Below are positions 54,484 through 62,074 of a stretch of DNA of 64,000 nt, piece by piece. Source of the stretch: an uncultured Spirochaetales bacterium (GTDB lineage Bacteria > Myxococcota_A > UBA9160 > UBA6930). The notes beneath the pieces were generated by a model. That model did not search any database, was not told the DNA's origin, and worked only from the letters and a program-made list of their open reading frames with translations. The position numbers and the translations under genes are program-made. Numbering within the stretch: position 1 is the first letter of the stretch; every line of letters starts with the position of its first letter. The stretch lies in NCBI GenBank assembly GCA_964501435.1, contig CAZCTH010000008.1, positions 2,978-66,977 on the forward strand. The letters are read 5' to 3'.

Positions 54484-55239
54484 TCACTGAATCACCGTCC
54501 CGCCATCCGCCGTCACGATCGCACCCGTCATGAACTTGCACGCGTCCGAGGCGAGCCAGACGGCGACCTCGGCGATCTCCTCCGGACGACCGAGCCGGCC
54601 CATCGGGATCGGCGCGACGAAGGCGGCCTCGCCGCCGGTGGCGGCCATGATCTCCTCGACGCCGGGCGTGCGGCAGACGCCGGGCGCGATCGCGTTCACA
54701 CGGATGTTCTGCGTGGCGTAGTCCAGCGCGGCGACCTTCGTGAGCCCCGCGACGCCGTGCTTCGTGGACGAGTAGGCCACGAAGCCGCCGAGGCCGATCA
54801 GGCCGAGCGTCGAGCAGGTGTTCACGATCGTGCCGCCGCCTTGCTTCAGCATTTGCGCGATCTCGTGCTTCATCGCGACGAACGTGCCGCGCAGGTTCAC
54901 GTTCGCGATGGCGTCGAACTCTTCGAGCGTCCACTCGTGCAGCGGGTGGGCGCTGCCGACGATGCCGGCGTTGTTGAAGGCGCAGTCGAGCCGGCCGAGC
55001 CTCGCGATCGCGGTCGCCACGACGCGCTCCACTTCGGCGGGCTGGCCGAGATCCGCCGCGAGGAAGTGCGCCTCGCCGCCGAGGCCGCGGATCTGCTCGG
55101 CGACGGCCTCGCCCTTCGGATTCAAGTCGGCGAGCACGACGCGCGCGCCTTCCTGCGCGAACGCCAGCGCCGCCGCCTTGCCGATGCCCTGCGCCGTCGC
55201 CGTGATCAGCGCCGCCTTGCCTGCGAGTCGTCCTGCCAC
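54484..55239 (-). CDS. SDR family oxidoreductase
   Basis: This is the C-terminal part of ORF 54484..56178 (-). I prefer GTG 55239, which lies 7 nt after GGGAGGA; ATG 55269 is the alternative. Motifs: ITATAQGIGKA, NNAG, YSSTKHG. Confidence 0.85.
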   Translation of the reverse strand: MAGRLAGKAALITATAQGIGKAAALAFAQEGARVVLADLNPKGEAVAEQIRGLGGEAHFLAADLGQPAEVERVVATAIARLGRLDCAFNNAGIVGSAHPLHEWTLEEFDAIANVNLRGTFVAMKHEIAQMLKQGGGTIVNTCSTLGLIGLGGFVAYSSTKHGVAGLTKVAALDYATQNIRVNAIAPGVCRTPGVEEIMAATGGEAAFVAPIPMGRLGRPEEIAEVAVWLASDACKFMTGAIVTADGGTVIQ

Positions 55240-55338
55240 GGATGCATCCTCCCGAGGAGCGCGCAGCATAAGCGAGGCTTGGGGTAGCCTGCGCCGTTCA
55301 GTCGCCGAGTGACGGACCCCGAGCGCGGGAGACGCGAG

Positions 55339-56664
55339 ATGAGCCTCACCCTGTTCACCGGAGCGAACCTGATCGACGGCACCGGCGCCGCGCCGCGCCG
55401 CGAGGCGGTGCTGGTCGACGGCGAGCGCATCGCCGCGCTCGGCGCCGACGCCGAGCGGCGCGCGGCGGCGGCGCACGCAGCGCGCGTCGACCTCGCCGGC
55501 CTCACGCTCATGCCCGGCCTGATCGACGCGCACTGTCACGTCACTTTCGACGAGCCCGTCAGCAACGACGAGCTGTTCTTCCACCGCCGCCCCGGGCTCG
55601 CGGCGCTGATCGCCGCGTTCCACGTGCGCAAGCTGCTGCTCGCGGGAGTGACGAGCTTCCTCGACGCCGACACCATCTTCGACCTCGGCATCGACCTGCG
55701 CGACGCGATCGAGAGCGGCGCCGTGCTCGGCCCGCGCATGAGCACCGGCGCGCACGCGCTGCTCACTTCGGTGGGCGGCACCGCGGGGCGCCTCTTCCCC
55801 GACGAAGGCGAGCGCGGCTACGCGCGCATCGTCGGCACCAAGGACGAGATCGTGCGCGAGGTGCGGCGCCAGATCAAAGCGGGCGTCGACTGGATCAAGG
55901 TGCATGCGACGGGGCTCTACCCGCGCCAGCGCGAGCAGGGCGAGATCCAGGTGTGGAACCTCGAGGAGCTGCGCACCGTCACGGGGGCCGCTCACGACCT
56001 CGGCGTGCCGGTGGTCGCGCACTGCCGCAACAGTTCGAGCACGCGCGACTGCGCGATCGCCGGCGTCGACCTGATCCTCCACGCGACGTTCATGCAGGAG
56101 GACGCGCTCGAGGCGGTCGTCGCGCGCAAGGTGCCGCTCGTGCCCACGCTGACGTTCCAGGCGAACCTCGCCGACCACGGCGCGAAGGTGGGCAGCGACC
56201 CCGCGCTGATGGAGCTCTTCCGCCGCGAGATCTCTGGCAGCGCCGGCGCGCTGCGCCGCGCCTACGACGCCGGCGTGCCGCTGCTCTCGGGCAGCGAGAG
56301 CGGCTTCTCCCTAACACCGTACGGGCACTGGCACTGGCGCGAGATGGAAGTCTTCGTGAAGCACCTCGGGCTCTCGCCGCTCGAAGCCATCCGCACCGCC
56401 ACGGCCAACGGCGCGATCGCCATGCGCAAGCCCGGCGAAGTGGGCGTCGTGAAGCCCGGCGCCTACGCCGACCTGCTCGCCGTGGACGGCGACCCGAGCG
56501 CCGACGTCGCCGTGCTCGGTCGCCGCGAGAAGCTGCGCGGCGTGTGGAAGGGCGGCGTGGCGGTGGATCTGACGCAGCCGTGGCCGACGCGCGCGCCGAT
56601 CTCGGGAGAGCGTGTGAGTCATTATTCGCGGCAGGTGCTGACGCGGGAAGTGGCGGAAGGTTGA
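55339..56664 (+). CDS. amidohydrolase family protein (metal-dependent hydrolase, imidazolonepropionase/prolidase-like)
   Basis: ATG 55339 follows GGGAGA, in the frame of ORF 55309..56664. The protein reads MSLTLFTGANLIDGTG...LMPGLIDAHCHV...VHATG...AHC...ADLLAVDGDP. Confidence 0.85.
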   Translation: MSLTLFTGANLIDGTGAAPRREAVLVDGERIAALGADAERRAAAAHAARVDLAGLTLMPGLIDAHCHVTFDEPVSNDELFFHRRPGLAALIAAFHVRKLLLAGVTSFLDADTIFDLGIDLRDAIESGAVLGPRMSTGAHALLTSVGGTAGRLFPDEGERGYARIVGTKDEIVREVRRQIKAGVDWIKVHATGLYPRQREQGEIQVWNLEELRTVTGAAHDLGVPVVAHCRNSSSTRDCAIAGVDLILHATFMQEDALEAVVARKVPLVPTLTFQANLADHGAKVGSDPALMELFRREISGSAGALRRAYDAGVPLLSGSESGFSLTPYGHWHWREMEVFVKHLGLSPLEAIRTATANGAIAMRKPGEVGVVKPGAYADLLAVDGDPSADVAVLGRREKLRGVWKGGVAVDLTQPWPTRAPISGERVSHYSRQVLTREVAEG

Positions 56665-56667
56665 CGA

Positions 56668-57054
56668 ATGACTGCTGCATCGAAGCGGGCTCGTGGCCTG
56701 GTTCTCTTGCTCGGCCTGCCCGCTGGGATCGCTCTCTCGATCGCCTACCGCGTGGAACTGAGAAACGACCTGAGCTCCACCGTTTCCGTCGAGCTCCGAC
56801 AATACTGGCTCCTGGAAGATGAAGTCGTGCGTCCATCCAGCTGGACCGCGGAGCACCTGGTTCGCTCCGTGACCGGTCAACTCGTTCCCGGCGAAGAGGA
56901 CGAGACGGAGTTCGAGGGAGGCGGCTGGGTCGTTTGGCAGGTGACCGACTACGGGACTGGGCGCGTCCGGTGTCAGGGCGAGATCGATTTCGAGACGGGT
57001 GCACACCACCGACGGGTCGCCATCGGCCGAGACAACTGCCTGAAGATCGAGTGA
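56668..57054 (+). CDS. hypothetical small protein with an N-terminal signal/anchor segment (orphan)
   Basis: The 128-aa ORF starts 4 nt after the amidohydrolase stop and ends 8 nt before the P450 start. Its composition is not Arg/Ala-biased (MTAASKRARGLVLLLGLPAGIALSIAYRVELRNDLSS...). Its third codon positions are visibly less G/C-rich than in neighbouring genes. I recognise no family. Confidence 0.5.
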   Translation: MTAASKRARGLVLLLGLPAGIALSIAYRVELRNDLSSTVSVELRQYWLLEDEVVRPSSWTAEHLVRSVTGQLVPGEEDETEFEGGGWVVWQVTDYGTGRVRCQGEIDFETGAHHRRVAIGRDNCLKIE

Positions 57055-57062
57055 GAATCGCC

Positions 57063-58250
57063 ATGACCCAATTCACCCTCTCCCGCTTCGAAGACGTCGA
57101 AGCCGCCTTCCGCCACCCCGCGCTGCGGCAGGCGCTCTACGACGAAGGCGCCGTCGTCACTGAGGGCGTTCTGCTCACTCTGCACGGCGAGGCGCACCTG
57201 CAGCGCCGGCGCCTCGAATCGCGCGTGCTGAAGGCGGAGGTGTTCCGCGAGTACGAGCGCGAGCTCGTGCCGCTCGCGATCGCGGATGCGCTGGCGCGCT
57301 GCGTCGCGAGCGGCCGCGTGGACGCGGTGCAGTTCGGGCGGCGCACGGCCTTTCACCTGACGGCGCGCATCACCGGCATCGACGTCGCGCCGGAGCAGTA
57401 CGACGACCTGCTGCGGCTCGTGACGAAATTCGGCGAGGGCGCGACGCTCGTGCACTCGAAGCGCGACAAGGAAGAGGTGCGCGCGGAGGTGCGCGCCGCG
57501 CTCGCGGAGCTCGACGCGAAGTTCCTGCTCGCGTCGATGGCGCGCCGGCGTGCGCTGCTGGAGCGCTTCGCGGCCGGCGCGCTCGCCGAGCGCGAGCTGC
57601 CGCGCGACGTGCTCACCGTGCTGCTGCGCAACGAGGATCGCCTCGAGCTGCCCCCCGACTTGTTGCGGCGCGAGGTCGCGTTCTTCCTGCAGGCCGGCGC
57701 GCACTCCACCTCGAATGCGCTCGCGCACTCGCTGCACGCGCTGTTCGAGCACGGCGCGCGCGCGCCCGCGGACCTCGCCCGCGCGCGCACCGACCTGCCG
57801 TACTTGCAGCGCTGCCTGCACGAGGCGCTGCGGCTGCACCCCGCGAGCCCGGTGGCGTGGCGCCGCGCGGTGGAGCCGTGCGTCGTGGCGGGCGTCGCGC
57901 TCACGCCCGACGATCTGCTCGTGCTCGACATGGACGCCGCCAATCGCGATCCGCGCGTATTCGGCGCCGACGCGAAGGCGTTCGTGCCCGAGCGGGCGCT
58001 GCCGCCCGGCGTGCTGCCCTTCGGCGTCACGTTCGGGCCGGGGCTGCACGCGTGCATGGGCCGCGATCTCGCGGCGGGCACCGTCACGCGCGGCGAGGGC
58101 GAGCGCCTGCTCGGGAGCCTCACGCTGTTCGCCCACGCGCTGCTCTCGCGCGGCGCGCGGCGCGACCCGGGCGATCCGCCGGAGCCCGACGCGAACACGG
58201 CGCGCAAGAACTGGGCGAGGGTTCCCCTCGTGCTCGAGGGCACGGCGTGA
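57063..58250 (+). CDS. cytochrome P450 (divergent)
   Basis: ATG 57063 is residue 44 of ORF 56934..58250. The I-helix is FLQAGAHSTSN, the ExxR motif is LHEALRL, and the heme loop is FGPGLHACMGRDLA. Confidence 0.85.
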   Translation: MTQFTLSRFEDVEAAFRHPALRQALYDEGAVVTEGVLLTLHGEAHLQRRRLESRVLKAEVFREYERELVPLAIADALARCVASGRVDAVQFGRRTAFHLTARITGIDVAPEQYDDLLRLVTKFGEGATLVHSKRDKEEVRAEVRAALAELDAKFLLASMARRRALLERFAAGALAERELPRDVLTVLLRNEDRLELPPDLLRREVAFFLQAGAHSTSNALAHSLHALFEHGARAPADLARARTDLPYLQRCLHEALRLHPASPVAWRRAVEPCVVAGVALTPDDLLVLDMDAANRDPRVFGADAKAFVPERALPPGVLPFGVTFGPGLHACMGRDLAAGTVTRGEGERLLGSLTLFAHALLSRGARRDPGDPPEPDANTARKNWARVPLVLEGTA

Positions 58251-59008
58251 AGTCTCTGGTCGTCACGGGCGCGGGCGGCGGCATCGGACGGGCGATCGCG
58301 GAGCACGCGGCGCGCGCGGGCTATCGCGTCGGCTCGCTCGACGCGAACGCGGACACGGCGCGGGCGACGGCGGCGGGGATTCCGAACGCCGTGGCGCTCG
58401 TCGCGAGCGTCACCGACGAAGCGCAGGTCGAGGCCGCGCTCGACTCCTTCGGCACGCCCGACGTGTGGGTCAGCAACGCCGGCATCGTGCGCTTCGGTCC
58501 CCTCGCCGACATCGCGCTCGCGGACTTCCGCGCCGTGGTGGACGTGAACCTCGTCGGCACGTTCGTCGGCGCGCGCGCAGCCGCGAAGCGCATGATCGCG
58601 CGGGGGCAGGGCGGCGCGATCGTCAACATCACCTCGATGAACGGCGTGATGCCGGGCCCGAACGCCGGCGCCTACGCCGCGACGAAGGCCGGCGCCGCGC
58701 TGCTCACGCAGCAGATGGCCCTCGAGTGGGGGCGCTTCGGCATTCGCGTCAACGCCGTCGCGCCGGGCCTCGTGGCCGCTGGCATGGGCGCGCCGATCCT
58801 CGCCGACCCGGTGGCGCGCCGCGCGCGCGAGGGCGCCGTGCCGCTCGGGCGGCTGGCGGAGGCCGACGACATCGCGCGCGCCGTGCTGTTCCTCGCGGGC
58901 GACGACGCGGCCTACGTCACGGGGCAGAACCTGCTCGTCGACGGCGGCGTGACCCACAGCATCATCGCCCACTTGCCGCGGCCGGCGAGCGTCGAGAAGA
59001 CGAAGTGA
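58247..59008 (+). CDS. SDR family oxidoreductase
   Basis: GTG 58247 overlaps the P450 stop (GTGA) and lies in the frame of ORF 57857..59008. Motifs: VTGAGGGIGRA, SNAG, YAATKAG. Confidence 0.9.
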   Translation: MKSLVVTGAGGGIGRAIAEHAARAGYRVGSLDANADTARATAAGIPNAVALVASVTDEAQVEAALDSFGTPDVWVSNAGIVRFGPLADIALADFRAVVDVNLVGTFVGARAAAKRMIARGQGGAIVNITSMNGVMPGPNAGAYAATKAGAALLTQQMALEWGRFGIRVNAVAPGLVAAGMGAPILADPVARRAREGAVPLGRLAEADDIARAVLFLAGDDAAYVTGQNLLVDGGVTHSIIAHLPRPASVEKTK

Positions 59009-59018
59009 GGCGCACCTG

Positions 59019-59780
59019 ATGCGCGACGTGCGCGGCATGGGCGTGCTCGTCACGGGCGGCGGCTCCGGGCTCGGCGCCGACGCCGCGCGGCACTTCGCGG
59101 CGCGCGGGGCGCGCGTCGCGATCGCGGGGCGGCGCGCCGAGAAGCTGGGCGCGGTGGCGCGCGAGCTCGGCGGCGCGTGCGCCGCGGTGGTCGGCGACGT
59201 CACGCGCGCCGCGGATCGCGCGCGCATGCGCGAGGCGGCGCTCGCCCACGCCGGGAAGCTCGACGCGCTGGTGTGCGCGGCGGGCAACATGCTGCGCGGC
59301 CCGGTCGAGACGCTGAGCGAAGCCGCGATCCTCGAGCTGTTCCACACCAACGTGGTCGGCCACATGGCGCTGGTGGGCGAGTGCGTCGAGGCGCTCGCCG
59401 CCGCGCGCGGCGCGATCGTGTTCTTCGGCTCCGTGCACACGCGCCGGGCGTTCCCCGGCGCGTCGCCCTACGCCGCGACGAAGGGCGCGCTCGAGGCGCT
59501 GACGCGCGTGCTCGCCGCGGAGCTGGGCCCGCGCGGCATCCGCGTGAACTGCGTCGTGCCGGGCGCGGTGCCCACCGAGCTGAACGTGCGCGCGGGCCTG
59601 ATGAGCGCCGCCGAGTCGCGCGCGCGCCTCGAGGGCATGGCGCCACTGCACGCGCTCGGGCGCATCGGCAGCGGGGCCGAGGTGGCGGAGGCGGTGGAGC
59701 ACCTCGTGTGCGCGGAGTGGACCACCGGCGCCGTGCTCGACGTCGACGGCGGGCTCGGGCTCGGGCTCACGCGCGAATGA
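59019..59780 (+). CDS. SDR family oxidoreductase
   Basis: The ORF is 253 aa. Motifs: VTGGGSGLGAD, YAATKGA, TGAVLDVDGG. Confidence 0.9.
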   Translation: MRDVRGMGVLVTGGGSGLGADAARHFAARGARVAIAGRRAEKLGAVARELGGACAAVVGDVTRAADRARMREAALAHAGKLDALVCAAGNMLRGPVETLSEAAILELFHTNVVGHMALVGECVEALAAARGAIVFFGSVHTRRAFPGASPYAATKGALEALTRVLAAELGPRGIRVNCVVPGAVPTELNVRAGLMSAAESRARLEGMAPLHALGRIGSGAEVAEAVEHLVCAEWTTGAVLDVDGGLGLGLTRE

Positions 59781-59805
59781 CCGATTGGGGTCTGACCCCG
59801 ATCGG

Positions 59806-60900
59806 TCAACGCAGCGTCTGCATCAACTCCGCGAGGCACACGGTCGCGGGGTTCTCGAGCCAGATGCGCTGGTCCGCCGGCATCTCGCCGCGCGCGACGC
59901 TGCGGTTCATCACGCGCACGACGATCGCGCAGTAGCGCGCGGCGGCCAGTACCTCGTAGTAGGTCGTGTCGCCCAGCGCAGCGCCCGCGTGCTTCTCGTA
60001 GAGCGCGCGCTGCGCCTCGCGCGTGGGCTCGCCGGGGAGGCGCGGAACGCCGCCCATCGACTCGTGGCTCCAGCGGTCGAACATCAGCCACCAGCCGAGG
60101 TCGAAGGCGCGCGGCGCGATCGCGACGTTCTCGAAGTCCGTGACGCAGGCGCAGCGGAAGTCGCTCCAGATCATGTTGCCGATGCGCGAGTCGCCCCACG
60201 AGAGCACGAGGTCGGCCTCGCGCTCTTGCGGCAGGTTCGCGCGCAGCCACGCGAAGGCGTCGCGCATCAGGGGATGCTCCCGGCCCGCGAGCTCGCGCTC
60301 GGCGTACTGCTGCCACAGGTCGAGCTGTCGCAGCGTCCCCGGCGTCGTGCCCGCGGGCGAGAGCCAGCCGAAGCCCGCGGCGCGCCAATCCACCGCGTGG
60401 ATCTGCGCGAGCACGCGCAGGCCGTCCTCGACGAGGCGCGCGCGCTCCTCGGGCTTCGCCTCGGCGAAGAATCCCTGGGCCGCGTAGGGCGGCGCGACGC
60501 CGGGCACGACGCCATCCACGAAGCCCATCACGAAGAACGGCGAGCCGAGCACGGCGGTGTCGCGCTCGAAGCCCACCAGCGGCGCCAGCGGCACGCGCGA
60601 GTGGCGTGCGAGCGCGTCCATCGTGCGCCACTGGATCTCGATCTCGACGTCGAGGCCGGGCGCCTGCACCGGGTAGACGGCGGGCTCCGGCATCTCGCGG
60701 CGCAGCACGTACTTCTCGGCGCCCTCCGCGCCGGCGCGTCGCACGCGCGCTTCGACGAGCAGCGTCTCGGCCGAGTAGCCGCCCGACAGCCGGCGCGGCG
60801 GCGCGATGCGCACCGCCTCCGCCCCGGCGAGGCGCGCCCCGAGCCAGTGCTCCAGGTTCGCGATGCTGCCCTCCGCGATGCTCGACTGTGCCTCCGCCAC
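59806..60900 (-). CDS. phosphotransferase family protein (APH/choline-kinase-like fold)
   Basis: The ORF is 364 aa. It has the Brenner-like motif LVLSWGDSRIGNMIW and the metal-binding motif VTDFENV. The overall pattern resembles the phosphotransferases often found next to acyl-CoA metabolism genes. Confidence 0.8.
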   Translation of the reverse strand: MAEAQSSIAEGSIANLEHWLGARLAGAEAVRIAPPRRLSGGYSAETLLVEARVRRAGAEGAEKYVLRREMPEPAVYPVQAPGLDVEIEIQWRTMDALARHSRVPLAPLVGFERDTAVLGSPFFVMGFVDGVVPGVAPPYAAQGFFAEAKPEERARLVEDGLRVLAQIHAVDWRAAGFGWLSPAGTTPGTLRQLDLWQQYAERELAGREHPLMRDAFAWLRANLPQEREADLVLSWGDSRIGNMIWSDFRCACVTDFENVAIAPRAFDLGWWLMFDRWSHESMGGVPRLPGEPTREAQRALYEKHAGAALGDTTYYEVLAAARYCAIVVRVMNRSVARGEMPADQRIWLENPATVCLAELMQTLR

Positions 60901-61043
60901 GGCTCCTCGCCCCCTCCGCGTAACTTTTGCGCCCGCTCGCGCGTCTGGCGTCGTAGCTTATGCGAGCGCCGTCACAGATCGCCTGCGCGGAGTCGAGTGA
61001 CCCTGCGCCCCGCAGCTCACCGCACGCTCGGGCTCCCTTCGGA

Positions 61044-61454
61044 ATGGCCACCGCCTATCGCATCCTCTCGGGAATCGTCGGCACCGCCTTCGTGGCGGGA
61101 GGCCTGGTGCTGTTCGCGGCCTTCTTCGCCTACCAGCGCCCCGGCAGCGAGGCGCCGCTGCCGGGCGGCCCGTTCGCGCACTACTTCGCAGCGACGGCCG
61201 GCTGCGCGCTCGTCGGCTGGGGCGGCGCCCTCGCCGCAGGCGCCGTCCGCGGCGATCTCGCGCGCTCGCTCGGCACCGCCACGGCCGTCGCCCTCGCGAT
61301 GCTCGCGCTGATGCGCATGCTCGCCTGGTTCAGCGGCGACTACTACGCGGTCGCCGGGAACGCGCCGCGCATCGAGGCGGGCGTGTTCCTCGCCGCGGCG
61401 CTCGGCTTCGTGTGGCTGCGCCCGCGCAGCGGCACGCGGAAGATCTGGTCGTGA
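61044..61454 (+). CDS. hypothetical integral membrane protein
   Basis: ATG 61044 is residue 29 of ORF 60960..61454. It has four hydrophobic segments (MATAYRILSGIVGTAFVAGGLVLFAAFFAY...). Its stop overlaps the next gene's GTG (GTGA). Confidence 0.55.
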   Translation: MATAYRILSGIVGTAFVAGGLVLFAAFFAYQRPGSEAPLPGGPFAHYFAATAGCALVGWGGALAAGAVRGDLARSLGTATAVALAMLALMRMLAWFSGDYYAVAGNAPRIEAGVFLAAALGFVWLRPRSGTRKIWS

Positions 61455-62050
61455 CGCGCTGGCTCGCCTCCGCGGCGCTCGCGCTGCTGTTCGCGCTGAA
61501 CGCGGCGCTGCCGCACATCCCGTTCGCGCGCCGCGGCAGCGAGCGCAGCGTGCGCGCGCACGTGGCGGCGGCTTCCCAGCTCGTCGGCCAAGCGCTGCCC
61601 GCGCTCACGTTCGAGGACGGCGCCGGCCGCGCGGTGCGCCTCGGCGACCTCGTGGACCGACCGATCCTGTTGATCTTCGAACGCAGCGTGGATTGGTGAC
61701 CCTTCACCAAGGCGCGGCTCGTGGAGCTGCGGAACGCGCTGGCCGGCGAGCCCGAGCTCGAGATCGTGTGGGTGATGGCGAAGGGCCAGTACAACGCGCG
61801 CTCGGATCGCTTCATCGACGAGTACGGGCTGCGCGGCCGCATCCACTTCTGGCGCGACCCCGATTCGCGCGCGATCGACGCGCTCGGCCTGCGCCGCCCG
61901 AACCCCGAGCCGATCGAGGCGGGCGTGCCGCATCCGACGTCGCTCTTGCTCGATCGCACGGGCGTCGTGCGCTTCGTCGACGTGCGCGAGGACTACCGCC
62001 TGTGGCTCGACCCCGCGACGCTGCGCGAGGCGCTCGCGACGCTGCGCTGA
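61451..62050 (+). CDS. thioredoxin-fold Prx-like (AhpC/TSA, PRX_like2-type) protein with an in-frame TGA at 61697-61699; probable selenocysteine-containing protein
   Basis: ORFs 61412..61699 and 61721..62050 share one frame and are separated only by that TGA. Read-through gives ...DRPILLIFERSVDW[TGA]PFTKARLVELRNAL... followed later by ...GVPHPTSLLLDRTGVVRF. The TGA therefore sits at the Cys position of the W-C-P-x-C redox motif. The N-terminal signal/anchor is VTRWLASAALALLFALNAAL. Confidence 0.6.
61713..61731 (+). promoter_or_regulatory. candidate bacterial SECIS stem-loop
   Basis: The structure is C GCGGCU [CGUGG] AGCUGC G, a 7-bp stem (one G-U pair) with a 5-nt loop containing GU. The stem begins 13-14 nt after TGA 61697-61699. 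Confidence 0.45.
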
Positions 62051-62074
62051 GCGCCCCGACCGCCCCCCGGCCTC

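Noticed and set aside
61412-62050. Interpreting 61412..61699 and 61721..62050 as two separate small genes or as a nonsense-disrupted pseudogene.
   Set aside because: Neither half is a complete thioredoxin fold on its own. The single TGA falls exactly on the catalytic Cys position, a hairpin follows at SECIS distance, and the downstream part keeps an intact frame and conserved motifs. Sec recoding is the more economical explanation, though unproven without the sel genes.
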